Shown here: piece by piece, positions 1-60,800 of the stretch
How the letters are laid out: every line of letters begins with the position of its first letter
How positions within the stretch are numbered: position 1 is the stretch's first letter
Assembly (NCBI GenBank): GCA_051294905.1
Contig: CM119371.1
Span: forward strand, 31,994,001-32,058,000
Origin: Botryllus schlosseri
Lineage: Eukaryota
Direction: 5' to 3'
Length of the DNA: 64,000 nucleotides
The notes under the pieces: generated by a model
The model's input: the letters and a program-made list of their open reading frames with translations, nothing else
Databases searched by the model: none
What the model was told of the DNA's origin: nothing
Translations under genes and position numbers: made by a program

Positions 1-1
1 C

Positions 2-673
2 AGATGCCTTCAAATAGGCCACACAGCAAAGAACTGTCCAAATCAAACTGCATGCTTTGCATGCAAACAGTATGGGCATGTAAAAGAACACTGCCCGCAA
101 CACAATGCCGTTAAAGAACTTGAGACAGGGGAAAATAGCGCAGAAACTTCAGGAGAAACTACAATAGTTCAAATGCAAGAAGACACAGAAAGAAATAACG
201 AAGATAAACAAGAACAAGAAGTAATTGACAAAACAGAAACACTGTCACAACAATTAGAAGGAGCACACAGCAGTCCAGCTCGCTCACCAGAGGTAGGCCT
301 ACAACACGAGCAAACAAACGAAACACAACGCGACCAATCAGATAAACAGGAAGATATACGTGAAAAAATAAATGAAGGCATGCTAGAGTCGGACTCTAGC
401 GTAGCAGAAGAAACTGAATCGGAACCAGAGGACCTCTTTCAAATAGTGAATGAACAAACTGCAACCAAACAAGACAAACCCAAAGGCTCAGCATACACCG
501 GAGAGCAGTGCAAAATCTTTGAGAAGCCAACCATGGTGATGACCGGTCGAGAGCTGGTCCACCTTACCTGCTCCCCCATCAAGAGGAAGCTGCACGAACG
601 TAGCCCACAAGAAGCAAAACCGGGGAATAGGATTAAAAAAAGATCCGCAAACCCCGAAAAACCAAAAAAATAA
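2..673 (+). CDS. LINE ORF1 (gag-like, CCHC zinc knuckles), 5'-truncated by window edge
   Basis: Frame open from base 2: RCLQIGHTAKNCP..CFACKQYGHVKEHCP (one partial and one complete CX2CX4HX4C knuckle), then an acidic low-complexity tail; stop at 671-673, 45 bp before ORF2. Confidence 0.9.
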   Translation, partial: RCLQIGHTAKNCPNQTACFACKQYGHVKEHCPQHNAVKELETGENSAETSGETTIVQMQEDTERNNEDKQEQEVIDKTETLSQQLEGAHSSPARSPEVGLQHEQTNETQRDQSDKQEDIREKINEGMLESDSSVAEETESEPEDLFQIVNEQTATKQDKPKGSAYTGEQCKIFEKPTMVMTGRELVHLTCSPIKRKLHERSPQEAKPGNRIKKRSANPEKPKK

Positions 674-718
674 AATAGGCTAACCAGCGCAACAGATGTT
701 CCTTTTATCCCCATAAAA

Positions 719-3700
719 ATGGCCTTGAATATTATTTCCTTGAATGCCAATGGGCTAAATGCCCATTGGTACAAGCTTAAGAGATATCTCACGCTAGAAA
801 AGAACTGGGACGTCTTATGTGTGCAAGAAACGCACAGAGCATACATAAACAAAATAAGCAAATGGGCAAAACAAAACCAAATGATATACTACCCAAACCA
901 CATCGATATAGACGCAAACTGGATCGATAAGGAAGAAAAGAAAAAATTGTACTTTAAGGGAACAGGCATCTTCGTTAAAAAGAAACTAGAAAACCATTAC
1001 GATATAAAAGGCAGGATTATCAGAGAACACAGGATACAAACGATAATCCTAACTGATAAACAAACCGGGCAAAGCACCCATGTGCTTAACGTATACGGAC
1101 CGCCCGATGTCGGGAAAGTTCAAACCGATATATTTAGGCAATTAACAGAAGAGCTATCTACAAATCCAAGTAATAACGTAGTTTGCGGGGATTTCAACAT
1201 AATCCAAGACCCGATTGATGCCAAATACAACGCCAACTTTAAGATGATGCCAGCCGCGAAAATTTGGAAGCGATATTGCGAGACATACAAACTACGAGAC
1301 GTCTGGAGATGGCGCAATCCACATAAACGTCTGTACACAACAATCAAGGCAAAGCAATCGAGACGAGTAGACCGTATATACGTATCGGAAGACCTTCTCG
1401 CCAGAGTCCAAAAGTGTGTGTACAAACTGAATACGATCGCTGATCACACATTCCTGCAGACTATAAACTTACGAAAACCTGGCCAAATTAAATGGGGTAA
1501 AGGACACTGGAAGAACGATGTCAGGGACTACGCGGAAAACAAGCTCCAAGAAGAGATAAAACGAATACACAAAAGGTGTGATCAAAACAAGTCGAAATTC
1601 GACGACATATATCAGTGGTGGGACCACTTTAAAAACCAAGTGAGGGCACATCTGATCAAACACAGAGCCCAAAAAAGAATAGCCGAAGAAAATAACATCA
1701 AAAGGCTACACCGAAGAATACTAGACATACAAAACAAAGACAACAATGATGAGCGAGCCTATCACCTCATCCAAGATCTAAAAAACCTAGAGGACGACAA
1801 CACCAGACACCTCTGCAAAATCTTCAAACTCCAAGACATGGAGGAAAATGAAAGGCCGACAAAATATTTCTTCCAAAAGATACAACAAAGGAAAGAGAGC
1901 AAAAATATATCGGCCGTCCAAAACGATCAAGGACAAAATCTCACAACCGAACCAGAAATACTCCGAGAGGTTGGTGACTACTATCAAGGCCTGTGGGGGA
2001 AATCAAAAACCGAAAACACAGAGCTACAAGATGAATACATAAGAGTTATTCAAGACCAAAAAATAACAGAAGAACAGAAAGAGGACTTGAACTGCCAGAT
2101 AGAGGAAATAGAGATACTAAATACTCTGAAAGGCATGCATAGCGATAAAACACCAGGACCCGATGGACTATCGAAAGAATTCTATCTAACCTTCTGGAAC
2201 ACCATCAAGAGCGATATGCATGCGCTGCTTAACAACGCTTACCTATTCGGCGGACTCTGTGAGACATGGAAAGCTGGCGCTACCACATTAATATACAAGA
2301 AAGGGAGACCTGAACTTCTAAAAAACTGGCGACCCATCACGTTGCTTAACTGCGACTATAAAATTTTAACAGGGGTACTAGCCAACAGAATTAGGCCGAT
2401 ACTTCCGGACCTGATACTGGAAACGCAGAAGTGCGCTGTCAAAGGCCGGCAAATAACAGATGCATTGAGAAACATCCAAGCTGCAATAGACTCAGCAAAT
2501 GAGAAAAAGAAAGAGCTATATATTGTTAACCTTGACCAACAGAAGGCATTCGACATGATCCATCACAGGTTCCTGTACGAGATCCTCAGAACATATGAAC
2601 TCCCAACACACCTTGTCCGCCTAATACAAAATATATACAACACCGCGAAAAGCAAAATCATAGTAAACGGGGCATTAACAGACGAAATCCAAATAGAGAG
2701 AGGGATCCGACAGGGATGCCCACTAAGTATGATCTTGTACGCCATAAGCTGTGACCCAATCGCGAGGAAAATTCAACTAGATGAAGCGATAAAAGGCCAT
2801 CATATCGGAAAAATCGAGATCAAACTGCAACAATATGCAGACGATATGACGTGCCTTGTGAGAAGTGAGGGGGATGTGAAACGAATACTGCGAGAGTTTA
2901 GCAAATACGAACGTGCGACCGGTCAAAAATTGAATGAGGCAAAAACAGAAATCTTACACATTAACCCAGGAAAAGAACACAAATATCAAAAATCTGATCT
3001 GGAGAATCTCAAACAATCAGAAATAAAAATACTGGGGCAATACTACGGTGAAAACCAAACTCAGCGAACATGGGAAGAAAAATTAGCAAAAATAAGACGA
3101 ACCCTCTACGGATACAGAGACCGAAACCTCACTTGGCTCGGGAAAAAAAATATCCTAAACTCACTAGCTTCCACGCAAATCATCTATAATGCGAGAATCA
3201 TACCGATGCCAAAAGAAGCGCAGCATGAGGCCACAAAACTCTACTTCAACTTCCTCTGGCACCCAGAGAAAATCGAAACAATTGCCAGGAAGACATTGAT
3301 CGCCAGAAAGGAGAGTGGCGGCATAGCCGTTCCAGACGTGGAAAGCAGAGTCAAGGCATGCCAGACAGAACAACTCCTCGCACTAAAACTCCTGGACAAG
3401 CCAATAGAACCGTGGCACCAACAAGCGATCTACGAGCTAGGCACAAAGGTTAAAAAGATCAACCCGAAATTATATAAAAACACGGAACCGCATAAGTTCC
3501 ACACCCCCCAGAAATGGGTCGAGCAACTCGAAGTGGTGGAAAAACTAAAAATGACCGAAGAAGACTGGGACACGGCGACTCACACCACCCTGTACAAATC
3601 CATCAAAAATCTGAAAGAAAGGCCGACCCAGATAAGATCGGAGAAAGGGGGCGAGATAAAATGGAGCAAAATATTGGCCTCAAAATTCGGCGGGAAAAAT

Positions 3701-4174
3701 ATCATCAAAAATGAAGAAAGGACCATCAACTACAAAGTAGCGCATAACGCTTATATTTTTGGAGACGGAAGAAGGCAAAAGAACATGCTTCGGGATAAAA
3801 CCGGGAAACTCCTTAACCTGAAATGTAAATTTTGCCAAAAATGTACAGATAACCTAGTACACATATTACTAGAGTGCGATTATGCAAAAGCCATAATCTG
3901 GAACCTAGAACACGTAACAGAAAAAAAATTAACAAAAGATTCGATTTTCTACAATCTCGAAACGAGCAAACTCGACTGGATGATAATTTCCATATTCAAA
4001 AAATCGATGATAAAACTCAAGAAATATCTCGACTTGCAAAACAAAACGGTCGAAGACCGGAAAATAGGGAGAAAGATCCTACAAAGGATAAAAAAAAGAC
4101 TAGAAATGCTTGAAAAGGGCCAAGAAAGAGATAAAAAACTGAAGAAGATAGAGGAATGCCTGGATAACATATAA
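719..4174 (+). CDS. LINE ORF2: APE endonuclease, reverse transcriptase and C-terminal Zn motif (Tx1/L1 clade)
   Basis: 1151 aa uninterrupted; SLNANGL, CVQETH, GDFN, RVDRIY, ADH (APE); KTPGPDG, WRPITLLNCDYKI, QGCPLS, YADD (RT); CKFC..HILLEC. Confidence 0.95.
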   Translation: MALNIISLNANGLNAHWYKLKRYLTLEKNWDVLCVQETHRAYINKISKWAKQNQMIYYPNHIDIDANWIDKEEKKKLYFKGTGIFVKKKLENHYDIKGRIIREHRIQTIILTDKQTGQSTHVLNVYGPPDVGKVQTDIFRQLTEELSTNPSNNVVCGDFNIIQDPIDAKYNANFKMMPAAKIWKRYCETYKLRDVWRWRNPHKRLYTTIKAKQSRRVDRIYVSEDLLARVQKCVYKLNTIADHTFLQTINLRKPGQIKWGKGHWKNDVRDYAENKLQEEIKRIHKRCDQNKSKFDDIYQWWDHFKNQVRAHLIKHRAQKRIAEENNIKRLHRRILDIQNKDNNDERAYHLIQDLKNLEDDNTRHLCKIFKLQDMEENERPTKYFFQKIQQRKESKNISAVQNDQGQNLTTEPEILREVGDYYQGLWGKSKTENTELQDEYIRVIQDQKITEEQKEDLNCQIEEIEILNTLKGMHSDKTPGPDGLSKEFYLTFWNTIKSDMHALLNNAYLFGGLCETWKAGATTLIYKKGRPELLKNWRPITLLNCDYKILTGVLANRIRPILPDLILETQKCAVKGRQITDALRNIQAAIDSANEKKKELYIVNLDQQKAFDMIHHRFLYEILRTYELPTHLVRLIQNIYNTAKSKIIVNGALTDEIQIERGIRQGCPLSMILYAISCDPIARKIQLDEAIKGHHIGKIEIKLQQYADDMTCLVRSEGDVKRILREFSKYERATGQKLNEAKTEILHINPGKEHKYQKSDLENLKQSEIKILGQYYGENQTQRTWEEKLAKIRRTLYGYRDRNLTWLGKKNILNSLASTQIIYNARIIPMPKEAQHEATKLYFNFLWHPEKIETIARKTLIARKESGGIAVPDVESRVKACQTEQLLALKLLDKPIEPWHQQAIYELGTKVKKINPKLYKNTEPHKFHTPQKWVEQLEVVEKLKMTEEDWDTATHTTLYKSIKNLKERPTQIRSEKGGEIKWSKILASKFGGKNIIKNEERTINYKVAHNAYIFGDGRRQKNMLRDKTGKLLNLKCKFCQKCTDNLVHILLECDYAKAIIWNLEHVTEKKLTKDSIFYNLETSKLDWMIISIFKKSMIKLKKYLDLQNKTVEDRKIGRKILQRIKKRLEMLEKGQERDKKLKKIEECLDNI

Positions 4175-4717
4175 ACGCAGCGCAGCCAGAGGTACCTAAC
4201 TCAAAGCCTCCACACCCCCTCATTCCAGTGGAGAGGGCCATCCTCCCACCCAAAAAGGCGCACTACATAGGATACTTTCTTCCTATACAAACAGCGATAA
4301 AGAGGATCGCCTTACACAAAACTTGCAGTAGTTGGTTGCAAAAACGGTGACAATATACCACCCACCGTAAACAAGGAAAAATGAGGAAGATATAAGACCA
4401 AATCTCTTCCAATAACATCTTAAACAAATGTCCACCCGGAATAGGGACTGGACATCTGCAGCAAACGAAGATTAACATTAGCTTCGCTGAAGCTCAAACT
4501 GCTTACAGCTAAACAGAAGAAACAAAAGCGGGAAAAAGACAACAGAGAAACTTAATTTATCACGTTATCACCTACGTTTTCGTTACAAAAAATATAAAAA
4601 CAAACATAAAAAATCAAAAACTGTGTAATCAAGACCCCGAGCGGGAGGCAGCCCTACATATGAGAGAGGGCTGCCGAATGCCGGCGGATACGGAGAGCCG
4701 AAAAAAAAAAAAAAAAA

Positions 4718-4943
4718 TGAGCATCGTTTCTATAGACAGCCGAACAATTTCATGGGGTGAGCAGAAAATTTTGAAATTTTTTATTCATTTTTTATAATAA
4801 ATAAGAAACTTTCTTCTCCTGTAGCAACGCGGCTACCGGTTGGAATTGAACCAAATTTGGTGTGCAGGTTTCAATTATGTAGCCTAACAATTTTATCAAG
4901 TAGCCAGTAGAATTTGAGACCATAAGTCATTTTTGAACACCCC
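4718..4943. mobile_element. Right part of GGG..CCC-terminated MITE interrupted by the LINE
   Basis: Matches the 3' part of full copies at 41287-41783 and 54902-55416 (catcgtttctatagaca...gtcatttttgaa..ccc). Confidence 0.85.
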
Positions 4944-5054
4944 TAATGCACATATGCAGATTATACAGAAAATTTCAATGAATTTGAGCCATTGCGGCAG
5001 GTGCAATGTCAAGTATTCATTCTTATTCCTAGAACACCTTCATTATCAGCTTAC

Positions 5055-54674
<49,620 letters not shown>

Positions 54675-54901
54675 CTGCAAAAGAGTATAATTTTACACAT
54701 GATGCTAAAACCTGACTTGGACAGGCGTATGTGTTTATAGGGTTTATGAAATCGTCGAGACTGATGACTTTACCAAACCTGATAATAATCACAGCCCCTG
54801 ACACAGAGTAAAGTTAGGGATATACTTAGGTAATGATCTAATATATAATTTGCCCAGCGTTAATTTTGTACATAGTGTTGCTAATAGTAGGCTAATGATT
54901 A

Positions 54902-55416
54902 GGGCTCTTCAAAAATGACATTTTTTCTCAAATCGTGTTGGCTACTTGATAAAATTGTTAGGTTACCTAATTTAAGCCTACACACAAAATTTGGTTCAAT
55001 TCCAACCAGTGGAAGCGGAGTAATTGCCGTCGAAAAATTTGGATTTAAATAAAATAGTTTTTACAGTGAGCACAACTATAATAAATAAACAAAGAATCGG
55101 TCACTGTAAATATTATTTTATTCAAATCCAAATTTTTCGACAGCAATAACTCCGCTTCTACTGGTTGGCATTGAAGCAAATTTGGTGAACATCGTTTCTA
55201 TAGACAGCCTAACACTTTCATGGGGTGAACAGACAATTTTCAAATTTTTTATTATTCATTTTTATATAATAAATAGAAACTTTCTTCTCCTGTAGCAAAG
55301 CAGTTACTGGCTGGAATTGAACCAAATTTTGTGTGTAGGCTTAAATTAGGTAACCTAACAGTTTTATCAAGTAGCCAGTACGATTTGAAAAAAAAAAAGT
55401 CATTTCTGAAGAGCCC
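54902..55416. mobile_element. GGG..CCC MITE with long TIRs, TA-flanked (PIF/Harbinger-like, uncertain)
   Basis: gggctcttcaaaaatgac...gtcatttctgaagagccc; other copies at 41287-41783, 29626-29945 (partial) and 4718-4943. Confidence 0.8.
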
Positions 55417-57893
55417 TACTACTGATGGTATAGTATAGGCTACAATATCATAGCATTACACGAAAATAGCTTCATGTTATGTTTAGGGCTGTTATATATA
55501 TTATTATTAAATGCATATATGACGAGAGTCAGTCAGAAAGCTTTTAGCGAGTAGATTAACAAAACAAAGTTAGTGTGTCCTGTATTTCTGAAGTTTCATG
55601 AAATTCAAAGTTCTGCGACGCTAATGGCTTGTAAGTCTATCCTATATTCCTATATTGTGACGGAAATATGATACGCAATTAGATTGTTAGCCTAACCTTA
55701 GGAAATGTGGTACACTGATCGAAGTAATTAACCAATGACCATGGAAATAATGACAAGGTATAGCATGGCATAGAGACATAGTTGGCATCACTTGTGAACG
55801 CTCATTGGCGCAATTGGACAACTGAAACCAGGTAAATTCGTTTATATGCACACATTTCATACCTTTGCACTATAAAGGCTTAACTTGCCAAGTTTTTTAG
55901 GGGGCTTCAGTTGATAACCAATCACCAGTTCTGTTTTATAACCAGTATATTAGATAATTGTTACAGAATTTCATAGCCTTAACAACTAGTAACCAACACG
56001 CTACAGGCCTATAGAAGTTATCCCAAATTTGATACAACAGGCAACAGCCAATTCCCTACATTACTGTAAAATCAGCTTAAAAGAAATTTACAGTGATCAA
56101 AACAGGCTATACAAAATACCACATTTAAAGTTCCACAGGTGCTGGAACACTAACTAAATTAACCATACAAGTTTATTAAATGCCTCCTAACAAAAGACCA
56201 TAAGTGTAGATATATCAGAAGCTCTGACATAAAAGAGGTATTGTGTCAACAGAATGATGTGTTTTCAAGGCATTGTCGCCTAACAAAAGCCACATAGCAA
56301 CAATGAGTATGGCATATCTGCCCACAACACCAGTCACACCGTGAATAGCTTTAGCTATACCAAGCAGATTACAGCACTAGGGTTTAGTGGAATATGAATG
56401 GTGGAAGACAGTAGTTATGGCTGTATGAAACACCATAATATTATTAAAATGTACAGATTATTAACTACACAGGCATAGAACGAAAGATTACAGGCAGCTT
56501 GGTTACTTTTTACTCAGATTACTGTACGGTACACACTATTTAACTGCTGTCTCGCATGGACAAGAATACTTATACCTAAATTTCAAGAAACTTGGCCACT
56601 TTACAGCGTGATCGTAAAGTTCTAGTCAAATACATAGCCACAGCGAGGCATATTTACTTAAGACAAGCGGTATCCATGGAAAATACTTTGTTCCAATTTG
56701 AACTAGTCAGGGTTTGGATGACTTAGTTTGTACAGCATTGCGCAGGGAATAAGTTGAATCGGGTATTACTAAGCTTAGACAGAGAGGTTATTAAAATGAA
56801 TGAGTTACATGGGAAAAAATTGTTCAGTTATATCAGTGGGGTTGCAATAAGAAGCCTACCAATAGTATAAATTTAATAGGGCCTATCATCTTTACATTGT
56901 TTTCTTTTACAGAATTGGCAGAGATTAAAAGATACTCTCAGAGAGGTTTTAGCTAGAGTTTGCTACTAAACATGACTAACATAGTAATCAGTAGCCTATA
57001 TACCGCACTATATAGGCCTAATACATGTGGTGTTATAGGACAATAGTATCTCATAAGCTAAGTTAAAATGCCATATATAAACAGATAGATGGAGCAGATA
57101 TGAAATATTAGGCTTGAATTAAACATAGTAGCATAACATTGGTATATATCTTTTTCAAGCTTTGTTGTGGACTGTAAGTATGCCATATCAAATGACTACA
57201 ACATAGAATATTCAATCAGGGCTTCTATGTGATAGTATACTGGTAAATGATCATATATTATATCTAAATAACCCTAACCACCACGGCAAAGTGTATGAGA
57301 AAGTTTGCTAAAGACAAGAAATTAGATTTAACGTAGATTATGTTACATGATATTATATTCAGATATAGTTAGCCTACCACAATAAATAGATCTAGGCCTT
57401 TCGTAGCATATCTAACCTCATAGAAAACCAGAAAATGTTCAGCTTTTCTAGATTAGCCTATATTAAAATTAGAGTTATAGCTATACAGTTTTTTTTACAA
57501 AATCACGGTAGACTAGAATTAGAATTATAGCTACAATGTTTTTTTTTCCAAAATTATTAAAATTGGAATTATAGGCCTACACAAGTATTTTTCAAATTAT
57601 ATTCTAAATATTATTATAGCTACACAGATTTTTCCAAATCAGATTAGACTTAGAATTACTGAATTCGTGTATCATGGTAGCGGGAAAAATCTACAAATAT
57701 GAATTTCAAGACAAAATACAGACGAATCCTAAATTCAAGCTAAACCCTAGCCTAATAAGTGGTAATACCTACAAATTTCTATGCCGATTCAGTTTCATAC
57801 CCACTATGACCCTACTCCGAAACCACTTAGTATTACATTTAAGATAACAAAATTCAACAACCCTCACAGCATTAGAGTTAATACGTTTCCACC

Positions 57894-60800
57894 ATGAGCG
57901 AACCAAACTCTCAATCAGACAGACCAACGTCTGCTAAATTAGAAGTCAGAATACCACAGGCGACCAACTCAGAAGAGCAACCAAAGCCAGCCGATGACGG
58001 TAACTCGTCTCATAACATCATAGAGCCGCCAAGCTCTAATGAAAGTGTTACAGAGCCAGATATCAAAGAAGAATCAGCGTTACAGCGCGAAGACAGCGCC
58101 AAAGATCCTGACAATATCAATACAACCAAAGTTGATAACACAGGCGAAGATACAACCACAATTGCACCATCGGAAGATAGCATAACGGACACAGAAGCAC
58201 CAGTATTGCTAAATAAAGATTCAGACCTTCCGACTGACCAGTCAGACAAAAATCAAGACAAATCAGTCGAAGACCAAGCAAATAATGAACCAAAATCATC
58301 AACACTGAATGAAATACCAGGTAACACGACCGATATTCAAAGCCAAGAGACAGCAGATGGAAATAAAATCGAACAGACCAAGGAAGAGAATACAATCCAG
58401 CAAGATCATGAAGGTGGTGACACGGATGAGTCAAACACAGTACCAATACCGAGTGGAAATACCCAGAATATGGACACAAATGATGATGCACAAGTACAAT
58501 TGAACCGACAAGATACAGCAAATGTATCAGAACCGGATAATACTGCAGTAAAAAGGATTAATGATACACCGCAGAATACCAGACCAACATCAGCATCAAA
58601 GGTAGAGTATGTTAGGTACCATTTGATTTTTTTTCTATATGGTTGGGTATAATGATTCTAGAAGATTGCAGTTTTAGCTAAGTTTGGATCACTTTTACCT
58701 GTTAAATTGTCCTAAGAACCGCATGAAATACACATACACAAAATTTCAAATTTTCAAATTCCTGTATGCCCACATCCAGGGTTCTAATGACTCAAGTCGT
58801 GACTTGACTCGAGTCATTTTCTCAAAATACGGAAATGACTCAACTCGAGTCAATCTGTGTATTGACTCGACTCGGACTCGAGTTATTGCGCATGACTCGA
58901 ACCAAGTCATATGACTCGAGACTCAGACGGCCAAGACCGACATTTCATTGTAATTGCGAAAAACAGTAAAGCAACCACCCTATTGGGATTTCGTCTATTG
59001 GTAAACTGGTACTTTAAATTGCGACCAGAAACTGTTAAAAGTGAGGAAAATTAGTATATTATAAATACGAACCATTCGATATCACCAAACAGAGTTATAA
59101 AAGTGGGTTCAACAAGACTTTAACTGGAAACTGAGCAGTCGACACAATGACTTGGACTCGAGTCATAATACCATGACTCGGACTCCACCCTCTGCTCGAT
59201 GACTTGGACTCGGTCTTGACTCGGTGGTGAATTGAAAATGACTCGACTTGACTCGAGTCAAAGCTCTAAGAGTGAGATTGACTTGTGGCTTGGTTACAAC
59301 CCAGCCCACGTCTACGAGTTGATATTGAGCCAGATTTGGTGAGCGGTTTTTTTAGGCAACAAAACAATTTAATCAGTGAATCCCCGGAATCCAGGAAAAA
59401 TTTTTTTTTTTTAACAGCCCTAGTGACCAACCAACTCAATGACCTGACGCCCCTGACGGTCATATTCATATTGCTAGCGACAATTTCACTGAAATAATTC
59501 TCTTATTTTGAAAACAAACTCCTGTCTGTCTGTTATAGAATACCAAGCAAGAAAACGAGGAATTAAAAGAACACGGTATCGACCGAAGGACAGAAAGTGC
59601 CATGAGCAGCAGGAGCCAGCAGGTAATAACCAAGTCTACCATAATTGCTGCCATTGCTAAAATATCGTAGACAGTATTGAGGTAGAAGTGTCACTACAAA
59701 TGCTTCAAATATCAGTGTATGGTATAAAATATAGAATGATAGGGTCAATTGAAGGAAAATATTACTCTATGTTGGCTACTATTGCTTTCGAAGGAAAAGC
59801 GCCGAAGCTCGGCGGCGTCTACGCCAAATTTGGACGCAATGCAAACCGTGTTGGACACCAAAAAGGAATCGGGAACTGGCTTCGTTTTATCGAGCCAGAT
59901 CGACGGACCAGCTACGAATCGAGAGGTAGGCATAAGTATCAAAAACCACATGTAAAAGCTAAGGTCGAAATTCTCGATTCATCAAAAGACAAATTACAAA
60001 TCATATCAAAATAAAACTGTATCCTGCTTTACTTATTAAGAGTTCTAACATATGTCTAGTCTCAAAAACCAGTGAGGTCGTACAGTATGAAACTCAAGTG
60101 TACTCATTGCATGGACAACGGAAGGTTGACGTGCTATGGGAAGCCTACATTCTTGATGAAGCACAAGGATTCTGTCACACGCTTGTATTATTAAAGTGTC
60201 AGACGAGATTTTGAGTGTTAAAATTCATTTTTGGGGGGAAGTGTGTCCCAAAAACTCTCTCATTTTATGTTATTGACTGTGTGTCAGACACATTTTTTGC
60301 ATTTCATCACAGTTGCTTAGTCGTATTCAGTGATACGGTTCTTGATATACAATGCTATTTCCAATTCTCTACTAGTTGCTGACGATTACCCCTGACGAGT
60401 GTCACCTAGAAAATATTCGGGATCATTTCAATATCAATATGCAATAGCTGAGTCTTGTGCGATAATTCTTCTGGCGTGTAAGCAATCACAATATACAGGA
60501 TGAAAACGAAACGGACGCGGTATCGTCACAGAGAGAAGCGCCAGACGGAGACAGCAATCTGCGCCAACCTACAGACAGTCAACCACAAATCTCGACGACA
60601 AATGTGAGATTCCAAACAACAGGTACATCACCGCGCACTCGGACATACATCACAGAGACACCGGAGAGAAATTACAGGTAGAACACTACAGCCTTGAGCA
60701 GGGGTGTACCAATTCGACAATCGGGTCAGATATCAGTAACTGAGGCCAAGAAAAATGCAGTGCCATACCTGAGTGATTCGATTTTAAATTCCAAGGCACT

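Larger units (their letters stand above)
1..4717 (+). mobile_element. Tx1/L1-clade non-LTR retrotransposon, antisense to host gene
   Basis: ORF1, ORF2, ~525-bp 3'UTR and A17 tail at 4701-4717; 5' end outside window so TSD not visible. Confidence 0.92.

Noticed and set aside
439..3373. Several minus-strand ORFs
   Set aside because: Shadow ORFs antisense to the LINE ORFs
4625..4700. HDV-like or twister ribozyme at the LINE 3' end (hairpin followed by CGAAUG)
   Set aside because: No upstream P1/P2/P3 partners for an HDV fold, and no UCCYAAGC twister loop
59688..60014. 108-aa standalone ORF
   Set aside because: Off-frame overlap of exon 59794-59925
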